Part shown: positions 17,377-26,778 of the stretch, one piece after another
Numbering within the stretch: the stretch's first letter is position 1
How the letters are laid out: each line of letters starts with the position of its first letter
NCBI GenBank assembly: GCA_049240905.1
Contig: JBMLRS010000338.1
Span: 1-30,250 of the forward strand
Direction: 5' to 3'
Length of the DNA stretch: 30,250 nucleotides
DNA from: Elsteraceae bacterium
GTDB lineage: Bacteria > Pseudomonadota > Alphaproteobacteria > Elsterales > Elsteraceae
Notes under the pieces: generated by a model
Told to the model about the DNA's origin: nothing
What the model saw: only the letters and a program-made list of their open reading frames with translations
Database searches by the model: none
Translations under genes and position numbers: made by a program

Positions 17377-17524
17377 CGGTCATCCATTGATTTCGTGAGG
17401 ATTCAACTTACCCTGCATCTTCTGTCATCTAAACTCATTAGCAGGGTTCACCGCCCTCGCAGATCAGCCGAGGCAGATCGGCCGGGTCAGCCGCGTTCTT
17501 GAGGGTCTTCAAGGAGGAATAGGC

Positions 17525-18226
17525 ATGTCGGAAATCAATATCAAGGCGAAGAACGGCGACTCTTTCATGGGGTATCTGGCCCTGCCGAAGACGGGCGCCA
17601 AGTCAGCGCCGGGTCTGATTCTGATCCAGGAGATATTCGGCGTGAACGCCAATATGCGCGGCTTGACGGACGCGATGGCCGCCAAGGGATATGTCGCGCT
17701 GTGCCCGGATCTGTTCTGGCGTCAGGAGCCAGGCGTGCAATTGACCGACAAGACCGAAGCCCATTGGGCGCGCGCCTTCGAACTCTACAAAGGCTTCAAT
17801 GAGGCGAGCGGCGTGGCCGATCTGAGCGCCGCCGCGGACCACCTGCGCGGCATGACCGGTTGCAGCGGTAAGGTCGGCTCCATGGGCTACTGCCTTGGCG
17901 GCAAGCTCGCCTATCTGATGGCGACGCGCGGCGACACCGATTGCAACGTGGGCTATTACGGCGTGGGGATCGAGGCGGCGCTGAACGAGGCGTCGGCGAT
18001 CACAAAGCCCCTGATGCTGCATGTCGCCAGCGCCGACAAGTTTGTGCCGCCGGAAGCGCAGACCGCCATCATCGATGGGTTGGCGAAGGTTCCCCTCGCG
18101 ACGGTTCACCGCTATGAAGGTTGCGACCATGCCTTCGCTCGGGTCGGCGGAGAGCATTACGACGCCGCTGCGGCCAAGCTCGCGAACGACCGCACCGACG
18201 CGTTCCTGCACCAACATCTAAGCTAG
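17525..18226 (+). CDS. Dienelactone hydrolase family protein
   Basis: QEIFGVN, GYCLGG nucleophile elbow, YEGCDHAF; strong SD AGGAGG. Confidence 0.92.
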   Translation: MSEINIKAKNGDSFMGYLALPKTGAKSAPGLILIQEIFGVNANMRGLTDAMAAKGYVALCPDLFWRQEPGVQLTDKTEAHWARAFELYKGFNEASGVADLSAAADHLRGMTGCSGKVGSMGYCLGGKLAYLMATRGDTDCNVGYYGVGIEAALNEASAITKPLMLHVASADKFVPPEAQTAIIDGLAKVPLATVHRYEGCDHAFARVGGEHYDAAAAKLANDRTDAFLHQHLS

Positions 18227-18243
18227 CGTTAGGGAGAAACGAC

Positions 18244-19215
18244 ATGCCTTCAGCCATTCGCGTCCATGAGGCCGGCGGCCCGGAAAAGTTGATTTGGGAA
18301 GAGGTCGAGGTTGGCGCGCCGGGTCCGGGTGAAGTTCGGCTGAAGCACACCGCCATCGGCGTTAACTTCATCGACATCTACCAGCGCACCGGCTTCTACA
18401 AGCTGCCCACGCCCTACATCCTTGGCTCGGAAGGAGCCGGGGTGATCGAGGCCGTCGGCGACGGGGTGACAGACCTCAAGGTCGGCGACCGCGTGGCCTA
18501 CGCCGGCGCGATCGGCGGCTATTCCGAGGCTCGGCTGATCCCCGCCGGCCGCGTGGTGAAGCTGCCCGCCGGCGTCAGCGATGAACAAGGCGCCGCCATG
18601 ATGCTGCAGGGCATGACCGTGCAGTACCTGATCCGGCGCACCCATGTGGTGAAGCCCGGCGAGACCATTCTGATCCACGCCGCCGCCGGCGGGGTTGGGT
18701 TGATCTTGTGCCAATGGGCGAAACATCTGGGCGCGACCGTCATCGGCACCGTCTCCACCAAGGAGAAGGCGCTGCAGGCGAAAGCCGCCGGTTGCGACCA
18801 TCCGCTGGTGACAACCGACACCGATTGGGTCGCCGCGGTGAAGGCGATCAACAACGGCAAGGGCTTGCCGGTGGTCTATGACTCCGTGGGCCGCGACACT
18901 TTCATGAAGTCGCTCGATTGCCTGGCGCCGCTGGGTCTGATGGTCAGCTTCGGCCAAGCCTCCGGCGCTGTCCCGCCGATCGACATCGGAATCCTGTCGA
19001 CCAAAGGCTCGCTGTTCCTCACCCGCCCGACGCTCGGCAGCTACATCGGCACGACGGAAGATCTGCGCGCGACGGCGAATGATCTGTTCGACGTGGTCTC
19101 AAAGGGCGTGGTGAAGATCAACGTCAATCACCGTTGGGCCTTGAAGGACGCCGCCGACGCGCACCGCGCGCTCGAGGCGCGCCAGACCACGGGCTCGATC
19201 ATTCTGGTTCCGTAG
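18244..19215 (+). CDS. qor: NADPH:quinone oxidoreductase (zeta-crystallin/MDR family)
   Basis: GVNFIDIYQRTG, HAAAGGVG, VVYDSVG, GSLFLTRPTL; ATG 18244 after GGGAGA. Confidence 0.92.
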   Translation: MPSAIRVHEAGGPEKLIWEEVEVGAPGPGEVRLKHTAIGVNFIDIYQRTGFYKLPTPYILGSEGAGVIEAVGDGVTDLKVGDRVAYAGAIGGYSEARLIPAGRVVKLPAGVSDEQGAAMMLQGMTVQYLIRRTHVVKPGETILIHAAAGGVGLILCQWAKHLGATVIGTVSTKEKALQAKAAGCDHPLVTTDTDWVAAVKAINNGKGLPVVYDSVGRDTFMKSLDCLAPLGLMVSFGQASGAVPPIDIGILSTKGSLFLTRPTLGSYIGTTEDLRATANDLFDVVSKGVVKINVNHRWALKDAADAHRALEARQTTGSIILVP

Positions 19216-19219
19216 ATAA

Positions 19220-19252
19220 GAAAAAGGCCTCCTCCATGTTGGAGGAGGCCTT
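19220..19252 (-). terminator. Intrinsic terminator for rho (possibly bidirectional with qor)
   Basis: 13-bp stem AAGGCCTCCTCCA / TGGAGGAGGCCTT (19224-19252). The A-run at 19221-19225 reads as a U-tract on the minus strand. Confidence 0.8.
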
Positions 19253-19278
19253 CGCCTTGTTCAGCGTTTTTCGCTTGC

Positions 19279-19361
19279 CCTCACCCCGAGCCCATCGAAG
19301 GGTCGAGCAAACTCTTCACCTTCATTCGCTTTTCCCACCCTTCGACAAGCTCAGGGTGAGG
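19279..19361. repeat. REP-like palindromic repeat cluster 3 (degenerate left arm and right arm)
   Basis: CCTCACCCCGAGCCCATCGAAGGGT (19279-19303) matches the reverse complement of ACCCTTCGACAAGCTCAGGGTGAGG (19337-19361) at 21/25. Confidence 0.8.
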
Positions 19362-19413
19362 AAAAGATTGAGATGCTGAAGAAGCTTCTGGCGCCACCTT
19401 ACTCAGACAGCCG

Positions 19414-20670
<1,257 letters not shown>

Positions 20671-20890
20671 GTCGGTTTCTTATAAGTCGGGAAGGACAAG
20701 GGGGGAGGCGTCGCGACTGGCCCAAACGCTTTGATCGGGTGGCCCGATCATTTGTGGTCAAACCTCGAAAGGTCGATCCGTGGGCGCGTCTGAAAGTCGG
20801 GTGATCACGAACAGATGATGTTCGTCTTCACGCTCACTACGGGATTTCGCAGGGCCCTGTCAATCTGTCCCATCACTCTGGGCCAGCGAT

Positions 20891-21331
20891 TCAGAAGGGT
20901 TTCACGATCACCATGATGACGATCAGGATCATCAACAGCGTCGGAACTTCGTTGGCGACCCGGAAGAACTTGGCGGATTTCTGATTTCGGTCTTCCGCGA
21001 ATGCGCGCAACCAACCGACCATGGCCCCATGCGATCCCGACAAAGCCAGCACGGCCAGGAGTTTCACGTGAATCCAACCCCCGGACATCATCCCCGGAAC
21101 CATCAGCATCACGCCGCCGCAAACCCAGGACACAATCATCGCCGGGGTCATGATCGCCTTCATCAGGCGACGTTCCATGATCTTGAAGGTCTCAGATAGC
21201 GCAGAGCCGACCGGCGCCGCGCAGTGGTAAACGAAGAGCCGAGGCAGATAGAGCAGACCCGCCATCCAGGAAATCACGGCGACCACGTGGAGCGCCTTGA
21301 TCCAATCCATGTAGGGATAGAGGAAGCTCAT
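20891..21331 (-). CDS. hemJ: Protoporphyrinogen IX oxidase HemJ
   Basis: KALHVVAVISWMAGLLYLPRLFVYH, MERRL, NEVPTLLMI..VIVKPF; position hemE-hemH-hemJ-rho. Confidence 0.93.
   Translation of the reverse strand: MSFLYPYMDWIKALHVVAVISWMAGLLYLPRLFVYHCAAPVGSALSETFKIMERRLMKAIMTPAMIVSWVCGGVMLMVPGMMSGGWIHVKLLAVLALSGSHGAMVGWLRAFAEDRNQKSAKFFRVANEVPTLLMILIVIMVIVKPF
21060..21075. other. Degenerate parS-like site inside hemJ (AGTTTCACGTGAATCC)
   Basis: 13/16 match with a 12-bp exact run GTTTCACGTGAA; uses ATT and AAA codons that are atypical for this GC-rich sequence. Confidence 0.45.
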
Positions 21332-21336
21332 CGCGT

Positions 21337-22371
21337 TCAACCCTGCGCCGGACAACCGGACATGCCGGCCGCGCAGAGGCGCTTCCCCCCTTCCGGACAT
21401 ACCCGAGCCCTTGGGTTCAGCGCTTCGAGGGCGACATTGGCCAAACCCTCGATGAAAGCGGGCGCCACGCCCACCGCGGGGACGCGCTCGAACATCGGCA
21501 CGCCCGCCTCATGGGCTTTCTCCCGATATTCGATTTCGATCTCAACCAGGGTCTCAGAATGCTCCGAGACGAAAGCGACCGGGAAGATGGCGACCGCGCG
21601 CTTGTCATGCCCGGCGCGCTCTATCTCGGCGTCGGTCGACGGACCGATCCACTCCAGGGGTCCCACGCGGCTCTGATAACAGACCTGCCAATCGAGATCC
21701 GGCTCGCCAAGCTTCGCGATCACCTTGGCCGCGGTCTGCTCCACCTGCCAGGCGTAGGGGTCGCCGCCGTCGACGATCTTCTTCGGCAGGCCATGCGCGG
21801 ACAGCAACAGGCGCGGCGTATGGCCCGCCGCGCGGATCTTGTTAAGACTCTCCTTGATCAGCTCCGCCGAGGCCGTCGCGAAGCCGTCATTGAACGGGTA
21901 GCAGCAAACGGCGGCGCTGGGCGCCTCCAGCTTGGCGTGCTTTTCCCAATCCTTCAGGGAAGAGGCGGTCGTCGTTGTGGAGAACTGCGGATAGAGCGGA
22001 AGCAAAATCACACGATCAGGCTTGAACGCACGGACCTCTTCGGCTGCTTCCGACGCGAAAGGATGCCAGTAGCGCATCGCGGGCAGACAGAGGATCTCCG
22101 TCCCAGCCGGCATCTGCTCCAACAAGCGGGCTTTCAGCGCGTCGGCCTGCGCCTTGGTGTTGGGCAACAGAGGGGAGCCGCCGCCAAGTTGGGCGTAGAT
22201 CTCCTGCGCGATCGGCGCGCGCCGACGTGAGATGACCTGGGCCAGCAACCAACGCAGGAAGCCAGGCACCCGCAAGATGGCCGGGTCGTTGAACAGATTG
22301 AAAAGAAAAGGCCGCACCGCCGCAGGCGAATCCGGCCCGCCGAGGTTGAACAGCACAATGGCGAGGCGCAC
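21337..22371 (-). CDS. hemH: Ferrochelatase
   Basis: LFNLGGPD, GGGSPL, MRYWHP, LPLYPQFS, SAHGLP, FVSEHSETLVEI; GTG 22371 after AAAGGAG. Confidence 0.95.
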   Translation of the reverse strand: MRLAIVLFNLGGPDSPAAVRPFLFNLFNDPAILRVPGFLRWLLAQVISRRRAPIAQEIYAQLGGGSPLLPNTKAQADALKARLLEQMPAGTEILCLPAMRYWHPFASEAAEEVRAFKPDRVILLPLYPQFSTTTTASSLKDWEKHAKLEAPSAAVCCYPFNDGFATASAELIKESLNKIRAAGHTPRLLLSAHGLPKKIVDGGDPYAWQVEQTAAKVIAKLGEPDLDWQVCYQSRVGPLEWIGPSTDAEIERAGHDKRAVAIFPVAFVSEHSETLVEIEIEYREKAHEAGVPMFERVPAVGVAPAFIEGLANVALEALNPRARVCPEGGKRLCAAGMSGCPAQG

Positions 22372-22384
22372 CCGTTCGTCTCCT

Positions 22385-23431
22385 TTAAGCGCTGGCGCGC
22401 ACCCGGGCGACCAACGCGCCCACATGTTCAGGCGGGGTCGGCGGCACAACGCCATGCCCTAAATTGAGGATCGTCGGTCCACCGGCAAGCGCCTTCAACG
22501 TCTCATCGACGACAGCCTCGAAAGCCGGGCCCCCCACCAAAAGCTGGATCGGATCCAGATTCCCCTGCAAGGCCATCGGCCCTTGTAAGGCCTTGATCGT
22601 CCCGGCGATCGGAACGGTCGTGTCCAACGACAGGCCGTTCGGCCGCACCGCTTGCGCAAAGGCTGGATAGTTCAAGCCGGCGCCGCGGGGGAAGGCGATG
22701 ATCGGAATATGCGGATAGCGGGCGCGCATGGCGTCCACGATCCGACGATTGGGCTCGATCACCCAGTCGCGGAAGGCCTTGTCAGGCAAAGCGCCGGCCC
22801 AGGAGTCGAACAGCTGCAAGGCTTCGGCGCCGGCCTCGACCTGCATGCCCAGATAGATCACCGTCGCCTCGACCAGAATGTCGAGCAAGGCAGCGAATCC
22901 CTTCGGGTCGCGCCAGGCCCACCCCTTCACATGTTCGAAATCTCGGCTCGAGCCGCCTTCGACCATGTAGGCGGCCACCGTCCAAGGGGATCCCGCGAAG
23001 CCGATCAGCGTGGTCGTGGAGCCTTGAAGCGCGGACCGAACGCGCGTGACGGTCTCCGCCACAGGGGCCAGCTTCTCTTGAAGGCTATTCAGGGTCAGGA
23101 GCGAGAGGGTTTCGCCGTCGATCTTCGGCGCCAGCTTCGGGCCTTCCCCTTCGACGAACCAAAGCTTCTGCCCCAACCCGTAGGGGATCATCAAGATGTC
23201 CGAGAACAGGATCGCGGCGTCCATGCCGAAGCGACGGATCGGTTGCAGGGTGATCTCGGTCGCCCGTTCCGGGCTGAGACAAAGATCCATGAAGGAGCCG
23301 GCCTCTTTGCGCAGCTCCCGGTATTCCGGGAGGTAGCGTCCGGCTTGACGCATCAACCAGATCGGCGGTGGCCAGACGGTCTCGCCATGCAGAGCTCTGA
23401 GCAGCGGTTTCACGATTGGTTCAGAACTCAT
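22385..23431 (-). CDS. hemE: Uroporphyrinogen decarboxylase
   Basis: PIWLMRQAGRYLPEYR, DAAILFSDIL, GFAGSPWT, QLFDSWAG, NLGHG; ATG 23431 after GGAG. Confidence 0.97.
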   Translation of the reverse strand: MSSEPIVKPLLRALHGETVWPPPIWLMRQAGRYLPEYRELRKEAGSFMDLCLSPERATEITLQPIRRFGMDAAILFSDILMIPYGLGQKLWFVEGEGPKLAPKIDGETLSLLTLNSLQEKLAPVAETVTRVRSALQGSTTTLIGFAGSPWTVAAYMVEGGSSRDFEHVKGWAWRDPKGFAALLDILVEATVIYLGMQVEAGAEALQLFDSWAGALPDKAFRDWVIEPNRRIVDAMRARYPHIPIIAFPRGAGLNYPAFAQAVRPNGLSLDTTVPIAGTIKALQGPMALQGNLDPIQLLVGGPAFEAVVDETLKALAGGPTILNLGHGVVPPTPPEHVGALVARVRASA

Positions 23432-23439
23432 TCGACGCA

Positions 23440-23812
23440 CTCCAAAAGGAATCTTTTTAATAAGATTGGTTGTTGTTGTTGTGACGCCCCGGGAGTCGGG
23501 GATTAAATTCGTTTCAAACCCATGCCCGAGACTCCCGACAACAGGGGTGTGAAGGAAGAGAATGTGGAAAACAACGGGGTAAAGAGATAATCGGCTGATA
23601 TAGCAGCGTTTCCAGTCCCGTTAGCAGATTAATCCGGGAACCCCGCGCCCCGCCCGCGCCGCTTATCCCCGACTCTATCCGTCGCGTCGGCGCCGGTTCG
23701 ATCCGAGGTTCGGATGAAGGCTGCGGAATCAGCGAAGGGGCGCCGAATCCCTCAACCCCGCCGCGGGGCAAGGTTGTCCCGAGTTAGCCACAGCCCATCC
23801 CCGTCCTCTGTT
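23440..23812. other. Putative chromosomal replication origin (oriC)
   Basis: Intergenic region upstream of hemE, the conserved alphaproteobacterial origin position. AT-rich tract at 23444-23470; DnaA-box-like TTTTCCACA (minus strand, 23563-23571) and TTAGCCACA (23784-23792); six GANTC sites. Core genes on both sides are transcribed away from it. Confidence 0.75.
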
Positions 23813-23814
23813 GA

Positions 23815-24630
23815 TCATTTCGCCGGTTGCGTCGCCGTCCAGCGGATCAAGGCTTCAGCCACCAGCCCCTCCATGTCGCCTCGGGCGGTGGTCTTTTCAA
23901 TGAGGGCCTCCAGCGTCCCAGCCAGCGCCAGGCAAGGAGATTTGCGGGAGAAGGCGACGTACAGCGGCTGCGAAGGGATCAGCGCCGCCTGCGTCAGCAC
24001 GACGCCATGGCCGGGACCGATCAGCCGGAGATGCGCGAGCCCTGGATACAGCCCGCTCAGGACATAATCGGCCTGCTTGTCGACCAGGAACTTGATCGCG
24101 ATCGCGATGTTCTCGGTTCGGAACAACGTCAACTGCTTGGCGATGCGCAGATCGAAGTCGGCGCCGAAGCTTTCTCCAGCGGCGGCGGCGCCGCGCAGCG
24201 TCTTCAGATCGCCGATGTCCTCGATATCGTCCGCGTCGGTCTGCCGAATGAACACCGCGATCGGGTCGGTCGCGACCGGACGGTCAATGAAGGAGAGATC
24301 CGCCTCCCGCTGCGGCGTGCGGTACAGCCCGATGACCACGTCGACATCCCCGCTGACCGCCCGTCGCTGCGCTTCTTCCCAGTTCTTCGCCGGCTCCACC
24401 GTCATCGGGATGCGCGCCGCGCGCGAGAAACGCTCCATAACCCGTATCAGCGCCCCGTCGATCGAGGCGCCCGACGTCCAGGCGAAAGGCGGATAATCTG
24501 GGTGCGCCGTCACTTTCAACTGTGTGCAGGTCTGCGCGGTTGCTAGGTTGATCCCGAAGAAGCAAGTCAGCAGCATGGAGCCAGCGGCGATTTTGCCAGC
24601 CGGGCGGGTGAACCAGCGGAGTATTTGCAT
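23815..24630 (-). CDS. Orphan periplasmic substrate-binding protein (amino-acid-binding family 3-like)
   Basis: Signal-peptide-like N-terminus, DYPPF, G..DVVIGLYRTPQRE, G+ESFG, LYVAFSRKS. No permease or ATPase gene is adjacent. Confidence 0.78.
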   Translation of the reverse strand: MQILRWFTRPAGKIAAGSMLLTCFFGINLATAQTCTQLKVTAHPDYPPFAWTSGASIDGALIRVMERFSRAARIPMTVEPAKNWEEAQRRAVSGDVDVVIGLYRTPQREADLSFIDRPVATDPIAVFIRQTDADDIEDIGDLKTLRGAAAAGESFGADFDLRIAKQLTLFRTENIAIAIKFLVDKQADYVLSGLYPGLAHLRLIGPGHGVVLTQAALIPSQPLYVAFSRKSPCLALAGTLEALIEKTTARGDMEGLVAEALIRWTATQPAK

Positions 24631-24705
24631 GACGGAAACGACCTTTGCGACGGTGGCAATAAAATCAGATGTAAGCCGTTGTCAGCCGCCCTGTCGATCA
24701 CAGTC

Positions 24706-25557
24706 ATGAGCAAAAGTCAGACAAGAGATCAGACCCCCAAGAAGGAGGTCCATATCCACCTGGTGTCGGACGCGACAGGGGAAAGCGTGCGCAGCGTGGG
24801 ACGCGCCTGCCTGGTCCAGTTCCCGGATCTGAAGCCAGTCGAGCATATGTGGTCGCTGGTGCGCACGCGGGTCCATCTCGAACGCGTCCTGGCGGGCATC
24901 GCCGCAGATCCCGGGCCCGTGCTGTTCACCATGGTCGATGACGACATGCGCGATGTGCTCCGCGACGGCTGCCGCAAGCTCTCCGTGCCGATCATCCCGA
25001 TACTGGATCCGGTGATCGGAGCGCTTGGCAACTATCTTGGCATGCCCAGCATGAGCGTGCCCGGCAAGCAGCATGCGTTGGACGCCGAATATTTCAAACG
25101 AATCGATGCGATGACCTTCGCGCTAATTCACGACGATGGTCAGTCGCCTTGGAGTCTGGAGGACGCGGACGTCGTGCTGGTTGGCGTCTCGCGGACATCG
25201 AAGACGCCGACCTGCATGTATCTGGCGAACCGAGGCTTCAAGGCGGGAAACATTCCAATCGTCCCGGGCGTGGCGCTTCCGCCGGAATTGTTCACCCTCA
25301 AGCGCCCCCTGGTCATTGGGCTGACGACAGATCCGGCCCGTCTGGTGCAGGTGCGGTCCCAACGGCTGCGGTCGCTTCAGCAGGACGAAGACGCGGATTA
25401 CGCCGACATCGATCTGATCAAGGCGGAGGTCGTCGCGGCGCGACGCCTGTTCAACGATCAAGGCTGGCCGTCGATCGACGTGACCCGGCGGTCGATCGAG
25501 GAAACCGCCGCCGCCATCCTGCAGCTCCTCACGAAAAGACAGGCCGACCGTGGTTGA
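24706..25557 (+). CDS. Pyruvate,phosphate dikinase / PEP synthase regulatory protein (kinase/pyrophosphorylase, DUF299)
   Basis: HLVSDATGE, DFALIHDDG-like TFALIHDDG, LVGVSRTSKTPT, DVTRRSIEETAA; canonical origin-flanking gene. Confidence 0.93.
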   Translation: MSKSQTRDQTPKKEVHIHLVSDATGESVRSVGRACLVQFPDLKPVEHMWSLVRTRVHLERVLAGIAADPGPVLFTMVDDDMRDVLRDGCRKLSVPIIPILDPVIGALGNYLGMPSMSVPGKQHALDAEYFKRIDAMTFALIHDDGQSPWSLEDADVVLVGVSRTSKTPTCMYLANRGFKAGNIPIVPGVALPPELFTLKRPLVIGLTTDPARLVQVRSQRLRSLQQDEDADYADIDLIKAEVVAARRLFNDQGWPSIDVTRRSIEETAAAILQLLTKRQADRG

Positions 25558-26149
25558 TCCGCTCATTCTGGCGTCCGGCAGCAAGATCCGGCTGAAGATC
25601 CTTCAAGACGTCGGCCTCTCCGTCACCGCCGAGCCTGCCTCGGTGGACGAGGATTCCGTGAAGGCCGCGTTCAAGGCCGAGGGCGGAAGCGCGACGGACG
25701 CCGCCATCGCGCTCGCCGAACTGAAGGCCCGCCGCATCAGCCTGCGCCGGCCCGGCGCCCTGGTGATCGGCGCCGACCAAATGTTGGAATGCGGCGCTGT
25801 CTGGTTCGACAAGCCGGTCGATCAGGACAATTTAAAGGCCCAGCTGCTGGCCTTGCGGGGAAAGACGCACCGCCTGATCAGCGCCTGCGTGGCGATGCGC
25901 AACGGGGAACGGCTGTGGCATGCGGCCCCCCATGCGGACGTGACGATCCGGCCCTTCACCTATGACTTCCTGGAATGGTACGTCGAAGCGGGCGGGCCGG
26001 CGCTGTTGAGCTCCGTCGGCGGCTATCAGATCGAGGGGTTGGGCGCGCAGCTGTTCTCCAAGGTGTCAGGCGACTGGTTCACCGTGATGGGCTTGCCGCT
26101 CTATCCGCTACTGGATTTCCTGCGACAACAGAAGCTGCTGATCGCCTGA
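25550..26149 (+). CDS. maf: Maf-family nucleoside triphosphate pyrophosphatase
   Basis: LILASGSKIR, IGADQ, SSVGGYQIEG, VMGLPL. Confidence 0.92.
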   Translation: MVDPLILASGSKIRLKILQDVGLSVTAEPASVDEDSVKAAFKAEGGSATDAAIALAELKARRISLRRPGALVIGADQMLECGAVWFDKPVDQDNLKAQLLALRGKTHRLISACVAMRNGERLWHAAPHADVTIRPFTYDFLEWYVEAGGPALLSSVGGYQIEGLGAQLFSKVSGDWFTVMGLPLYPLLDFLRQQKLLIA

Positions 26150-26778
26150 TGCTGGTGATTGGGCTGACCGGCTCGATCGGGATGGGGAAGAGCACGGCCG
26201 CTCTCCAGTTGAAGCGGCTCGGCCTGCCTGTGTATGACGCGGACGCGACCATCCACAGCCTGTCCGCCGCTGGTGGAGCGGCGATTCCCGCGATCAGGGC
26301 GAGATTTCCACAGGCTGTCCACAATGGCGCGGTGGATCGTTCGGCGCTGGGGGCCATCGTTTTTGCGGATCGCGCGGCGTTGAAGGACCTTGAGAAGATC
26401 CTTCACCCGCTGGCGCGCCGCCTTCAGCGGCGATTCCTCGCGCGCAACGCCCTCGCCGGACGCAGACGCGTGGTGCTGGACATACCCTTGCTGTTTGAGA
26501 CAGGCGGCGAGCGGCGCTGCGATCTGACCGTCGTCGTCACCGCGCCGGCTTTCCTGCAGCGTCAGCGCGTGCTGCGCCGGCCTGGCATGACCGAAGCCAA
26601 GCTGGACGGAATCCTGGCGCGCCAGACGCCGGACGCGGAGAAGCGCCGCCGGGCCGACCTGATTGTTCCCACCGGGCAAGGTAAACGCTATAGTTTGCGT
26701 GTCTTGCGCAAAGCGGCCACCGCATCTGGCGGAAAGCGCGTTCGGCGCCCTACGCTTCTATGGATCGATCATGCGTGA
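26149..26778 (+). CDS. coaE: Dephospho-CoA kinase
   Basis: IGLTGSIGMGKST, DAD, VDRSALG, ILHP, DIPLLFE; ATG overlaps the maf TGA (TGATG). Confidence 0.95.
   Translation: MLVIGLTGSIGMGKSTAALQLKRLGLPVYDADATIHSLSAAGGAAIPAIRARFPQAVHNGAVDRSALGAIVFADRAALKDLEKILHPLARRLQRRFLARNALAGRRRVVLDIPLLFETGGERRCDLTVVVTAPAFLQRQRVLRRPGMTEAKLDGILARQTPDAEKRRRADLIVPTGQGKRYSLRVLRKAATASGGKRVRRPTLLWIDHA

Noticed and set aside
17410-17447. 7-bp inverted repeat ACCCTGC / GCAGGGT in the ferredoxin-DLH divergent promoter
   Set aside because: Short arms with a 24-nt spacer; not distinguishable from chance without orthologues.
20899-23414. GTTTCACG parS half-sites at 20899 and 23407
   Set aside because: The second half of the palindrome is absent in both.
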